From Entomortierella parvispora E1425 (taxonomy: Eukaryota > Fungi > Mortierellomycota), in the NCBI GenBank assembly GCA_020891255.1, contig BQFW01000008.1:2790001-2854000 (forward strand): DNA of 64,000 nt. The letters run 5' to 3'. Below, one piece after another: positions 12,999-25,859 of the stretch. Both the position numbers and the translations under genes were made by a program. Each line of letters opens with the position of its first letter. Positions within the stretch are counted from its first letter, which is position 1. The notes beneath the pieces were generated by a model, which was not told the origin of the DNA, searched no databases, and saw only the letters and a list, made by a program, of their open reading frames with translations.

Positions 12999-13484
12999 CT
13001 ATGGGACGCGTGATGTAGGCTTAAAATTCCACAGGGAATCTTGTCCTTTATAACTAGCTGTCTTAAGAACAACCGGATCGTAATCATTGCCTCCTGTCAG
13101 GAAAAGGACTTCACCACCATCAGTGGTCGCAATTTGACTCCAACCACCATCAAGAAGGACAGAGTGCCATTTGTACGGGGTTTCTCCACTAATAACCTCT
13201 GGCTCAGACACTTCGCAATCGCAATCACCTTTGACACCAATGTAGAGCCCACTTGCGACATTCTTGATGGTGATTTTGTTTCTCCCAACAGACTGAATAT
13301 CCCAGATCTGATTGTTGCTGTCAGGCTTAATATGAAAGCCCATGAGTTTTTTCGCTTGACCATCGTCCATTGCTTGACCGCGATATTGGGAGTTGATGAT
13401 CTTGAAAAGCGATTGCGCTGAAACGCCGACGAGCACGATACTCAGCATGGTGTAGATCAGGAAGCCGACTCGAAGACTCAACAT
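12999..13484 (-). CDS. Secreted ricin-B (beta-trefoil, R-type) lectin-like protein, copy 1
   Basis: Signal peptide 'MLSLRVGFLIYTMLSIVLVGVSA'; QxW-type motifs 'NQIWDIQ', 'YKWH', 'SLWNF'; 'IKNVASGLYIGV'. Confidence 0.8.
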   Translation of the reverse strand: MLSLRVGFLIYTMLSIVLVGVSAQSLFKIINSQYRGQAMDDGQAKKLMGFHIKPDSNNQIWDIQSVGRNKITIKNVASGLYIGVKGDCDCEVSEPEVISGETPYKWHSVLLDGGWSQIATTDGGEVLFLTGGNDYDPVVLKTASYKGQDSLWNFKPTSRVP

Positions 13485-14379
13485 GTTGGTAGGATAGGTG
13501 TGGAAGTGGAGGGGAGTGTCTTGAAACGAGGGAGAAAGAGGGATGTGGATTGATTTTGCGGTCAGAAAGGTCCCGTATTTATATTGTTGGTTCCTCCGCT
13601 CTGGCCCTTTTCTTTACAACTTTTTGATGCCTGATACCCTGACCCCATCTATGTGAAGGGCTACAAATTTATCTAGGAGATGGAGTTGGCTGATGCAAAA
13701 CTTCAGGGATGAAGCGATGGAAAAGAAAAAAAAAGATATGCGGGGATCAAAGCCAGGGAGAGGAGAGGGGGATTTCCAGAAAACAAGAAGCATGTTGTTG
13801 ATCCTTTACTGTTGTCCTTTGGTGTCGATGGTGGTTCAGTAGTTCAGTGGTCCCTGGATGCAGTGTGCTGTGCATTATATTTTCCTTCGAGAGAGGTCAT
13901 GCTCACTCGTATTGTTCTCTAAGTTAGAGCAACCTCCATAAGAACTGTCCTACGACGGAACAAGGGTAGGGGAACAGAGAGTAAGGAGGTGGACTTGCTG
14001 ACTGAAAAGAAAAGGGTAAATGGAACCAGCGAGGTTTACCGTCAGGAGACAGGCAGAAGCGGGGATGTGCACGACAAAGGGTCAAAGGCAGGTTTGGTTG
14101 TTCGAAGGCATTCAGATGGGATCGGGGTTGAAGGGCAGGGAAATCCAGGATCCAGGGCAAGGAAATCATCAATGAAAAACTGGTGATCCGGAGTTTGCAT
14201 CTCTTTTGTTCCAGTGACACCCCACACGAACCTACTAGCTCCAATGTAGATCACTACCGCCATATAAATATGTTGTTCGGTCGGGAGGACGACAACGGGA
14301 AGAGAATATGAATCATACAGAATGTGGAACAACAAACAAAGCTGGGGGAGAGTAAAGGGATACCAAAAGTCAAGGAACA

Positions 14380-15310
14380 TGGAAAAGGGCTCTCAGAGAT
14401 AACAGTGGGGCAGGCAGAATGCACGGAGTGATTGGCAGCTGTGATGCAGTGGTGCCTGAACTTGGAACAGGAGGCTGATGCTGTCATTCCCGATAACCGT
14501 CCAGCAGACAATTGGCCCACCCAAGGAACCATCTATATCGGGAACTTGGAGATGCGTTGCCGTCCTGGCTTGCCCACTGCACTCCACTGGACATCCGTGG
14601 CGGTGAGAGGATTGATGTCGTCGGTCGCACAGGTGCCGGCAAATCGTCCATCATGATGGCGCTGTTCCGTCTTGTCAAGCCCTCTAAAGGCGTGATGGAG
14701 TGGACATATGCAAGACGGGACTGTTTGATTTGCGTATATGTCTGGCAGTCATTCCTCAGGATCCAATCTTGTTCAGTGGAACTATTCGGACCAACTTGGA
14801 TCGTTTTGAGAAGCCCACGGATGCTGGGAGGTCTTGGATCGTTCGGATCTTATGACCTATGTAGCAGCGTGCGACGGAGGAGTGGATTCGCAGGTCACTG
14901 AGCTCAGTGGGAGCCGGTCGGTCGGTCAGCGACAATTGCCCTGCTTGGCCAGTGGCCATGTAGACACACGCGCGTGTCATTATCATGGATAAAGCCACCG
15001 CCTCCGTGGATGTGGCTTCGGATGTCATGTTGCAGAAGGCTATCCGTGTCAATTTTGCGGATTCGACTGTGCGGACCATTGCCCATCGTTTGAACACTGT
15101 AATTGATTACTCGCGCGTCTTGGCCTTGGACCATGGCAAGATCAAAGGGTTTGACACGCCTGCCAACCTGTCGGCTCGCCCAGATTCTGTCTTTGGGAGC
15201 ATGGTCGATGAGACGGGACCCGCCAGTTCTGCTCTGTTGAGATCCTTGGCCATCGCCTGCCAATGGTCAAATGGTCGCTGTCGAGGAGGTTTTGGCGGTC
15301 TCGGGTGAGA
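14380..15310 (+). pseudogene. ABCC/MRP (YOR1/YCF1-like) transporter relic, NBD2 only, multiple frameshifts
   Basis: Pieces in different frames: '[26 protein letters not shown]', '[25 protein letters not shown]', 'IMDKATASVDVASD..TIAHRLNTVIDYSRVLALDHGKI..FDTP'. Confidence 0.85.
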
Positions 15311-16074
15311 CGGAAGCTGTCACCGCTGCTTCCTCTGAAAGTGACAAGGCGGAGATCAACACCCCTGGATACAATGTCAAGAGTGCTTAAAGAAGTCCTC
15401 CCCTCCATCGATACAACCATCGGCATCAATGCGTGAACAGACGTGTTCGATCTTTTTTTTTGAAAAAAAAATATCTCGTGCATTCATTGTTCTGTTCGCA
15501 TTCTCCCCTCTCTCAGGTATTCCAGTTCCCAAGATCTATTCCTTAATTGCACTGTGCATGCCCTATTCAACATTTGTTCTCTTTCTGCGATTTTTTTCCA
15601 CCCCAGCATCTATAAAGTGTCGGGAAGATATATCTATCTCAGTCGTCAACACAGTTAATTGAACATCACTTCAGATCCGCTCTCAAGGAAAAATTTCGAT
15701 AGTAGGCAAGGGTACCATCATGAACTTAGTCGCCCTCTCCACATTCTGGCATGCTCTATCAGATTTCCAACCCAAAGGGAAGTGGTTTGCAAAACTCAAG
15801 AGAGTAGCGACCGAATTCACAATGTGTAGGTCCTGCCCAAAAACTACATTGTGGTGAAGACGTATCTCTCTTCCAGCTCTGCTGACATGTTCTAGGGCAT
15901 TTTGCGTTGGCTCATGATCTTTATTCCTTTGTTACCCTCAGTGCCTTCGTAGAGACAAAAATGGGTACAAATAATGTAGGTCAATGAAAAGGAAGAAGTC
16001 GATCAATGAAAAGGAAGATCAGAGAATATGAAAGTGAAAGAGGACGTCTTCATTAGGCCATAGGTATCACTTCT

Positions 16075-16548
16075 CTATCCGACTAGTGGTGCAGGCTCAT
16101 CACTCCACTGGGTATCTTTTCCTTTATAACTGGCTCCCTTAAGGACAATCGGAGCGCCATCCTGAGGTCCTGTCAGGAGAATGGCATACTGACTATCAAG
16201 GGTCGCAATTTGATACCAACTACCAGAAATAAGGATCTGCCGCCATCTGTACGGAGTTGGTCCAGCGATAACCGGTGCACCTTCGCTCGCATAATTGACA
16301 CCAAGATAGAGCCCAGTAGCGGCATTCCTGAAGACAAAGTTGTTTCCCTCGACAGACTGGATATCCCAGCTCTGATCGTTACTCCTGGAGTTGATATGAT
16401 AGCCAAAAATTCTAGTCGCTTGAGCGTTGTTCAGTGCCTGAGTTTGATATTGATAATTGATGATCTTGGAAAGCTTTTGGGACGAAACACACATGAGTAC
16501 AACACTGAGTGCCGTATAGATGAGGAAACCGACTCGAAGACTCAACAT
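16075..16548 (-). CDS. Secreted ricin-B lectin-like protein, copy 2
   Basis: Paralog of 12999-13484: signal peptide, 'DQSWDIQ', 'FRNAATGLYLGV', 'YRWRQ', 'TQWS'. Confidence 0.8.
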   Translation of the reverse strand: MLSLRVGFLIYTALSVVLMCVSSQKLSKIINYQYQTQALNNAQATRIFGYHINSRSNDQSWDIQSVEGNNFVFRNAATGLYLGVNYASEGAPVIAGPTPYRWRQILISGSWYQIATLDSQYAILLTGPQDGAPIVLKGASYKGKDTQWSDEPAPLVG

Positions 16549-16829
16549 GTTGTTGGATAAGATAGGATAAGTGGGTAAGTGGAGGGGAGTGTCTTGAAAT
16601 GAGGTAAAGAGAAATATATTAGATTTTGTCCGTGAGTTTATATGTTAGTTCCTTTGCTCTGCCCCAGCTTTTGATGCCTGATACCCGGACCCTTCTTTGT
16701 GAAAAGCCGTAGAGACATAAGAGATGAAGAAAATGGAGCAGAAACAAAAAAAAGGGGGCGGGGACGGAAAAAAGCAGTTGACTCTCCTTGATGTGGTTCA
16801 ACAGTCCCTGGAGGCAGTGTGACAAACGA

Positions 16830-17160
16830 GGGGCTGCGGGGAGTAAGGAGACACGGAAATCAAGGGCTTGAAGGTGCGTTACCGCCCTGACTTGCCCACT
16901 GTCCTCAGTGACCTATAATTGGATAGTGGCGGTGAGAGGATTGGTGTCGTCAGTCGCGCAGGCGCCGGCAAATCATCCATCAGGATAGCGTTGTTCCGTC
17001 TTGTCGGTCTAAAGGCACGATAGATACTGATGGAGTGGATATCTGCAAGATAGGACGGTTCGATTTGCGTGCACGTCTAGCAATCATTCCTCAGGATCCC
17101 ATCCATGCGCTTCGCAAAGAGATCCAAGTTGGTTCGAATCCACTTTGCAATTGTAAATAC
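16830..17160 (+). pseudogene. Second, shorter ABCC NBD2 relic
   Basis: 'ttgaaggtgcgttaccgccctgacttgccc', 'gagaggattggtgtcgtc..gccggcaaatcatcc' and 'DLRARLAIIPQDP'; frameshifted and truncated. Confidence 0.75.
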
Positions 17161-17458
17161 ATCAGAGCCCCTCGGGTCTTTACCGAGGACAGCGTCGTCG
17201 TTCTTTTCTTTTTTCTCTCATTCTGTCCGTGCGTTGCCAAGATCAAATTCGACGGCCGAAAGAGACACTGGGCCTGAAAAGGGAATTTTGACGTGCGGCA
17301 CTGATCCAGTCGCCACCTTTAAAATTGTCCGAGAGCTTTCTTTCTTGGTTCCTGATCTACGCGACGCTCTTTCTCTTTCTCTTCTTCTCTTTCTCTCTCC
17401 ACATCCATCTTTCCTCTCCCAGTACCCCTCCTCTTCTCCCCTCCTCTCTTTCTGCACG

Positions 17459-18311
17459 ATGCGTGTTCTCGTTCTTGGTGGATCCGGAAATATGGACAAG
17501 CTCGATGTCCAGCAGTTGCTCGACCGTGGCCACGAGGTCCAAGCGATTGTGCGCAGTCCCGAAAGCATGCCCAGTACCCTTGTCTCCAAGCCCAAGCTAT
17601 ACGTCATCAAAGCTAGTTTGCTGGATCTTAGCGTCGATGATCTGTCCCTTCACATGAAGGGCTGCGACGCCGTGGTCTGCACTCTGGGTCACAATTTGAA
17701 CTATGGTCGCGTTCCTGTCCTTGGTAAATTCATTTAGAGTTTTGTGCAGGTCAAAAAAAAAAAAAAAAGATTCGCATCCTAACCTTCCGTCTCTCTAAAC
17801 AGGGATTTGGCTGAACCCCCACGACCTGGTTGTTCGCGCCACTCAGATGGTCTGTGAGTCGATCAACAAGCTCGAGCCAACTACACCTATCAAGTTTGTC
17901 CTATTGAATACCGTTGGCGTCGAGAATCCCGATGGTTCCGACAAACATGTCCGCAGGGGGTTCGAACACAAGGTAGATGCGTTTATGAACGCCACTGTGC
18001 CCCCCTACGCGGACAGTGTTCGGTCGGCAGAGTACATCAGCAGCGAGGTCGGCAAAGGCAGTAAGCATGTGGAGTGGGTCACGGTCCGTCCCGATGGTTT
18101 TATTGACGGCGAGGTGTCCGAGTACACGGTCCTGGAGACAACAATGTACGCGTTCTATACTCCAGACAAAATCACCAAGGCCAACATTGCGCACTTTATG
18201 TGCGAGCTGCTGGACGAGCCCAAGAAGTGGGAGCAATGGCGATTCAAGATGCCAGTGATCATTGACACCCACCAGCCTGGTAAACAGACACAGCCCTCAC
18301 CCCACGCTTGA
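17459..18311 (+). CDS. NAD(P)H-binding Rossmann-fold protein (flavin-reductase/NmrA-like atypical SDR), 2 exons
   Basis: 'MRVLVLGGSGN..QLLDRGHEVQAIVRSP', 'WVTVRPDGF', 'ITKANIAHFM'; intron 17724-17802 (GTAAAT..CTAAC..CAG) restores the frame. Confidence 0.85.
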
Positions 18312-19373
18312 ATATGAATACAAACCCATAGTGATCGGCAGTACCATAGCGTGCTTTTGTCAGTTGCCCTCACATTGAACTGCACTTCCAAGAGAAAAAA
18401 ATAATAATAGGCTGCGCACAGTGGTGAGGGACAAAGGCAAAGCAGAGGACAAAGCGAAAGGCAAAGCGAAAGGTAGAGCCAAGGATTTGTCATGGGCGAC
18501 TTCGCCCTTGATTTCTTCCTCTGTTCCCTTGAAATTTTTGTTGTGTTTGATGTCCTTGTTAAAGGCAAAGCCGAAGGTAAAGGAATAAGGGTGCCCAATT
18601 GCTATGGAAGTCGATCTTTGAAGTGCTGGCAAAGTAGAAAGTTCGCCTGTCAATACAAAAGTATAAATACTTCAACTTGCATTCCTCACCCATAAATAAC
18701 TTTGTCTTCCAACCCAAGTAAGTCACTCTCTACAGCAGGATAACTTCTGCCTGCTGTCCACTTGTAGATTCCGCGACACCATGTAGATAATACACCTGCG
18801 CTGACTCACTGCACTCCACTGTCCACGGCAATCCTGCATCCAGCCCATCCTTAGCTCCCAATCCGAAGAGGTCTTGCAGCACTGTCAATAACTCACCAGT
18901 CTCCCCCACAAGTTTGTCGCCACAGATCACTCTTCAAGAACCCTGGGAGTGTCGCAAAAGACTAGCACATCCACTGTGATAACCGCCCAACATAAGGAAG
19001 AGAGAAGAGTGACCGACTTTTGTCCACTGAAGCAGCAATGTGCACCACAACCTATTGTCACTGCAAAGACTGTAAAAAACTCTTCTTGCGCTTGGTTGCC
19101 AAATGTGAATTGCATGAAGCAACAACAGAGCGCGAAAAACCCGTAACTGAGAGAGGAGATGATATAGGAAAGCACAAAGACCATTGTGCGGAGACCGACA
19201 AGAATACAAATCACGATCATAAGTACGGCTGTGAACAGTGTCGAGGGGTTACTTTACCTTCTAAATATTTTAGTAAACACTCCTCTTGAGTGCTGATCAT
19301 CGTACCAACATATGGTATCTGCTTTTTATCTATTGTGAACAAGTTTATTCCCTGCTTCTATGCATTTGGATGT

Positions 19374-20907
19374 TTAGCTGTTTTGCATGACAAAGACCTG
19401 CTTGCCGTGACCAGAACTGGTGGCTTTTTGAACAGCCTCCAAAAGTTGGTCCTGAAGAGATTCTGGTGACTTTAAGGACCAAGTGTTCTTTGAACTATGG
19501 ATGCCCTTCAAGATGCCCCGATCCATATCGTTCAATACCGCATCCACCATCTCCTGTCGCTCCTGAGACGAGTGGCGGTCGTTCCAAGCTGTTAGCCAGA
19601 ACCCAGAGGCGTGAACGTTCTTGAAGATTTGTAAACTGGCGGGCAAAATCAATGGCTGACGAGACATGGCTCCATACGTGATCAAATGACCGTCTGCGCT
19701 CAAAAGTCTAGCCATCTCCGTTGCAGGCTTTCCTCCCACACAGTTGAATCCAAGTTTGATCTTGCTTCCTTTGCTGTTTGATCCAGAAGGTGCTGTCCAT
19801 GACTTGACCAGCTCCTTTGTCTCCAGTCGCCCAAGCTGATCATCGGTAAGGATATAAGTCGCGCCCAACTTCTGAAGACGCTCTGCTACTTGATCTGAGC
19901 CTTCGCGTTTGCGGATAATATTAATAGTCTTGACGTCCATGGCCTTTGCCAGCTGAATGACAGCTTCACCAACGCCCGAGTTGGCTCCATTCTGAATAAT
20001 AAAGTCGCCTATTGGATAGTTTTTGATAAAAGGTCGAAATTAGTACAATGCGCCATTCCTGAAAAGAGTAGTTCGCATCATGGATTCCGGCTGCACCTGG
20101 AGACAAGGTCTTGAAATCTCGCAACATCCGGTACGCAGTGCAAGGGTTCACAGTTAAAGTGGCGAGCTGAACGATCTGCTCTGTCTCGTCCAGACCAGTG
20201 CCTGAGGCTGACAGAGGTCGGACTTCTGTCAGGTCCTTTGCCAAAAAGTTGCCGTGTGATCTCCATGTTCCAAGCCCTGCCGATCCCATGACAACCCAGT
20301 CGCCGACTTTTAAGGAAGACGTAGAGTTTGGTCCAACCTTGGTGACCTTGGCAACACCCTCATTTCCTCCAACGGCCACGGGTGTCTTTTGATCCGATGA
20401 GCTGTTGTAGAGCTGTGTCGTCATGGGTGGTTTGAGAGGGTACACTCCTTCGACTTGGTTGATGTCGGCAGGGTTGATGGGAGAGGCCATGAACTGAACT
20501 TGAACTTCATCGTTTCCTGGGTTGGGCAAAGTATGTTCCAGTACCCTAGAAAAAGTATTGTGTTAATGAATATGGCCTGTAGGGTTGACGGCAGCGACCC
20601 ACTTTCAAGTAAAAAAGAACTGCCCATACTTCAAAACCTCTGTAGGACGACCATAGGCAGAGTAGACAAGAGCGGTGGCATGAGTCAAGTCGCTTGATGC
20701 AGAGCTGTAGAGGCGGACGGCCTTTCCGTGCTGCCATGCTGATGCCACTGATGACCTCTGACGTTGGGTCGAGACGTCATGTCTTGAAGGTACGGTTCCG
20801 AAACCTCTGGATGCAGTCGATGAGATTGACTTCAGGGCCAGGTTGAAGGCAAGAGGGGATCCATGAGCCTGAGTCCTGACTGAGCGTGCAATCTGTCCGA
20901 GAAACAT
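19374..20907 (-). CDS. ETR1: Mitochondrial trans-2-enoyl-thioester reductase (MECR/ETR1), 3 exons
   Basis: 'ASPINPADINQVEGVYP', 'VGGNEGVAKV', 'ATLTVNPCTAYRML', 'NCVGGK', 'TYGAMSRQP'; presequence-like N-terminus; introns near 20629-20546 and 20094-20009. Confidence 0.9.
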
Positions 20908-21160
20908 GTCGTCTTTCTGATTCCTATGGGGAGTTGCCGATGACGAAAGGGGGAGAGCGACGACGACGCGCGCTAAAACGAGACAAGCCGGAGTGGATCA
21001 AAAAAAGGTCACGTGCAGTGATTCACTTTCACCTTCTCTTTCTCTTTTCCCTTTCCCACACAGCATAAACTTTGAATGCATGCATGCATGCATGCAGTCT
21101 TTTTGTTTCAACACACGCACATTGACACCTTCCTTCTCCCCCCCACACGCATGCTACCCA

Positions 21161-24100
21161 ATGGACCCCCATTCACGGCCAAGTCGCTCTAGTCACCGCA
21201 CCAGCCACCACCATAACGACCACGACAGCGACACCGAAGACGGCCCCCCCACGACCTCCACCACCCCCAGCCGCCCCCAGCAGCACCCTTTGCAGGTGGA
21301 GCACCAGCAGCAGCCATGGCTCATTCCACACCCAAACCTACCCATATCCTGGCGAGACAATGATCGTCCCCAATTCCACAATCGGAATGAGCCGCACCAT
21401 CCTGACCAGGCCCATTCCGTTGACTCTCCACCACTAGCTTCAAGCTCGAATTCGCTCCTGCGACTGCCATTCAGCAACAGGCCCACTCTTGCTGACACAG
21501 AATCCGATCCTAGCTCAAGACCGGATGCACATGTAGATATTGGAGCATCAAGTCATATGGAGGGAGTGGATCAGGGGCACGAGTCTGACCCGTCAGAGCT
21601 TTTGCGAGCTCCAGTGCTGTACAGCAGCTCGCCACCCAGGTCCCTTGTTGGTCAGGACATGTATCCAATTCGTCGTCCCAACAGAAGCATGTCCCTGTCC
21701 ATTCCACCCAATCCGTGGCACAACGAACGAGTCTTTCCAACACCGGCTCCATCAAGGACTCATCGCGAGGTAGTTCCTTATACACAAGAGTGGCGGGTTA
21801 TTCTGTAAGTGTTGTTCTTTGTTTTGTATTGTCCTTTGATCGTGTCGATGACCGCATTTTCCTAAAATGTTAATGTATGCGACTATAGTCGATCGCCCCC
21901 ACGAGGTCGGACAGTCCTCTACAATCCGCAGATGCAGTCGTTGGTGGTGCAAACAACGGTCGGCCTTGACCAGCCTATGGTGAGCATGCGGGCGGACGCG
22001 ACCGTGAGAAACGTGACTGCTCAAAATTAACTCTGTTTCCCTTTTCTACACCCCAGTCATTGAGGAACGATGCCAGAATCTGCGTGCTCTGCAGACGGCC
22101 CTTGGATCTGGACACAAATGCGGAGGGAGAGGTAGAAACAGATTGATTACTCTTTAAGACCGGATATCGGTGTACTATACGTCTTGTTTGCTGACTACCA
22201 ATGCCATTATATGCTCTAGGACGTGGAGCCTGGTGTTCCTGGATTCATGGACACCAACTACTTCCGGATGCTGGCTGATGCAAAGTAAGGATAGTGTTTC
22301 CCTTGGAATGGTCGTCACTTGGTGGATTACGCCTTGATGCTGATTATCCTTTGCATATTAGTGTTGCAATCTCCAGGAGAGCCTCTCTGCAGGATCAGCC
22401 GAGTTCTCAATACCGCACAGACTCTACATTTGGATCCCCAACATCCTCTAGTCGTGCCTCATTAGACCTGGACGCCGCATCAGCATTACAGACAGAGAGT
22501 AACAACAACACGCAGGCGAGTGCGAAGTCACCTCATCTCTCTCATAATGCGCTCAATCAAGGTTACTACAATCGCTTTTTTACGGAGACAAAGAAACTTG
22601 GAAGGGGATTTCGTGGATCCGTGTTTCTCTGTCAGCACATTCTGGACGGAATCCATCTCGGAGAGTATGCGATCAAAAAGGTGGCTGTGGGCGACAACCA
22701 CGATTGGCTTGTACAAATGCTTCGAGAAGTTCACCTATTGGAACGGCTACACCATCCCAATATTGTAAGCTACAAGCATGCCTGGCTTGAAAACCACCAA
22801 CTACATCAGTTCAGCCCGGAGGTGACCTGCTTGTTCATCCTAATGGAGTGCGCCAATGGAGGAAATTTGGAAGAATACATTGAGCGCTCCAGTACTGACC
22901 CGTTTCCATCCGCCACGGACCCGGATGCAGCTGGAACAGGATCTTCCAAGGAGCATGAAATGTCTGTAAAGGAACGGTTGCTGAGCGAGCGAGAAGAGCG
23001 AAGACAACGACGCAAGGGATCAATTCCTGCACTGGGAAAAACCACAGAGACTACCACTACCAGCCAAGCCAGCCCTCCTCAGCATACCCGACATTATTTA
23101 TCAAACACTGAGATTTGGAGCTTTTTCTTCGACATCTGTGAGGGATTGGCGCATTTGCATCGCCTGGGAATTATTCACCGTGACCTGAAACCTCCAAACC
23201 TGCTCCTCAGCTTCTCCAACAGCAAAGTGAAGGGCTCTCAAGGTGAACGACCACGGATACTCATCACCGACTTTGGAGAATGTGAAATTATTGATCAGGA
23301 CGCGAAGCGTGATCGTACAGGGGCTACAGGGACTCTGGAGTTTTTGGCGCCTGAGCTTTTGGCTGGTAATGTTCAATATGGTGAAGACGAGACGGAACGA
23401 CCTATCGAAATCTTGTACTGATCATCCTTTACTATTTTTTTTTTTTTTTTAATTTTTATTTTTATTTTTATTTTTATGATACTCCAGTGGATGACCATGG
23501 ACGTTATACCAACGAGTTCTCGTTCAAAGGCGATATGTGGTCCCTCGGAATGGTGCTTTACTACCTTTGCTACTCGCGCCTGCCTTATTCCCAGATCGAG
23601 GATGTGGATGTTTTGAGAGAGGAAATCAAGGAATTTAAGACGTAAGTTCAGGGTGACCTGCCTCTGAGCGATTAGCATGATCTGATGCTAAAGTATCATC
23701 GACCTTTTAGGATAACGCTGCCGCCGGATGACGAGCGTGTCATTCCAGAGGAACTCAAGATTTTGATCCGCGTTCTTCTTTCTACAGATAAATCAAAACG
23801 ACCCAGTTGCGATGATATTCTGTCGACTCTAAGCCACCAGCGAGACCGAATGATGCATGGCGACATGGATTCACCTACAACTCCAATCGTCTCGTCCTCA
23901 TCATTGCACGCCGCCAACGGAAAAGCTGGTATCGAAGTCGACCATTCGGAAGACGATAAAGCTGCTGTTGTGTCAGGATCAACAAAGTCTCCGATTGCTC
24001 AACATCTTCACCCAATGCCTCATCGACTGGCAACACCTGGTCGGCGCCGGAGCAGGGTGACGCTTATTACTGAACCTTCTGCAAGGTCTGTGCACCGTGG

Positions 24101-25859
24101 GCGCAGCCCCGGGGCTATTCGAGATGCGACCGCTAGTCCAAGTCTTAACCTCCACAAAAAGGTAAAGCCTTTAGGCCTCGGACTTCGCCACATACTCCGT
24201 CGTCAAAGGCTGCATTTTCCTTCTCCAAATATACACCGAAGCAGCACTTCTCCTGTAGATAATGACGGCTCAATGTCGCTCTCTATCAGAGGTTCACCTA
24301 TGCCCACGGGTGCTCCTACGATTGGATCTCCAGGTGTCGCTCAGCAGAACGCGCGTTTGTTCCAGCGACAGCAGAATATTCGAGATCGACAGGAATCCGC
24401 CAAGACGCGAGAGTCGGCCCTGGGATTGGCGATGCACCTCCCCAATTCTCGACAGAGCTCTGATGACTTGCATGGACACCCTGATCAAAACAAGGATAAA
24501 GCAGGCAGGTCAGCGTCTCATCAAGGATCTGGCCACACGCAGACTGTACATGCCTCGCCATCAAAGGCAATCCCCCGATCCAACCCTTCCAACTCCTCTT
24601 CCACTCGCAGAAAGAAGCAACCCCGAGACGTAAGTTACTATCGTCACCATCCATATCAATAAATGATAGGTTGAAAACAGAATTGCATTGGCGCTTTTAT
24701 AGTCAGCGATCATACTAACGTAGTTTTCATATTGATAATTGTTTTTATACTTTCGTAGACAAAAACCGCTACCCTATCCTCAGAGAGTTCTGACACTAGC
24801 GACAATGAAGTGGATGCTATCATCAACTCAAAGTCACGTCGACCATCCACAGGCTCGAAAACGAAGCTGGACACGTCTGCGAATCGACTCTACAGGAACC
24901 AGGATCAAAGCTACTGGTCCCATTTGGCATCCAACCATCAAAATCGCAACGCTTCTTTGCAAGAAAAGGCAAACAATGGTGACGATGCGCCTCAGCTTGG
25001 AGATGATACGACCTCTGTTAGCACTACTACGAGACCGCCCCACACTGCCGCGGATGAAATGAGCGCAGACACTGTGGAAGGAAGTGGAGTGATGTCTGCA
25101 GAACACGAGGCCAACAAAGATATGGGATCCCCACCAGACCTCACAGTGGTTCGGACGACCCGAAGGCGACCCCATCGACGCAATAGCCATCAGGGAACAG
25201 AAAAGTCTGTAGCCACTCTGAATTCGACTCAACGGGGCAGCTCCACACATTCATTTTCCTCATCCCCGTCGACCTCTTCAGATGATTTCTCGTTTCATTT
25301 TATGTTTACAAGTCTTTTGGTCCGAATCTGGTTCTGTCTTCGGATCTGTCACCCGATTGTGGTCCGACCTTTGGTCCTCTATCCAGTGTTGGTTCTGACA
25401 GTGGTCTGGGATCGGTATCTGATGTCTTTGTGGACAGAGTCAAGTCGAGCTCTGCTATCTTCCAGGTCAACCCATTCTCCACCCAGGAGATCGACCGACT
25501 GGCAGACAAGGAGGCGGATCTTGGAGGTGGAGGAAGGCGAGGGAAAAGATGTGGGTGAAGGAGGGGAAGGCATGGCAGCTTCACCGTCGACGGATCAGAT
25601 GATGACGGATAGCAACGACGGTCATGATTCTCGCTCTAGCAATCGAGCACTTCGTCCTGCTTCAGTCTCAGTCTCCGGAACAGGATCGGAAGCTGTCAGA
25701 GTTGTCGATGACAACTCCCAGGCATCTGCATTTGGAACTGGATCTTGGGGCTCCATTGTGACACTCATGTGGCAGGCTGGTCTTTTGGGCGTCGCGGTTC
25801 AATTGCTGTGGATTGGGGTTGTCTGGATGCTCAGTCGCGATGGCATTTGTGCCCTGTGA
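21161..25859 (+). CDS. IKS1: IKS1-like Ser/Thr protein kinase, multi-exon
   Basis: 'YYNRFFTETKKLGRGFRGSVFLCQHILDGIHLGEYAIKKVAVG', 'IIHRDLKPPNLLL', 'ITDFGECE', 'TGTLEFLAPEL' and N-terminal 'VVPYTQEWRVIL'. Exon borders outside the kinase core are approximate. Confidence 0.75.

Larger units (their letters stand above)
12685..16825. repeat. Diverged tandem segmental duplication (unit 1 about 12685-13870; unit 2 about 15343-16825), each carrying a lectin gene
   Basis: Shared non-coding blocks, e.g. 'catcgata(a/c)aaccatc..gcgtgaacagac..cattgttctgttcgcattctcc' at about 12750 and 15405, and 'gtggaggggagtgtcttgaaa' upstream of both lectin genes. Confidence 0.85.
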
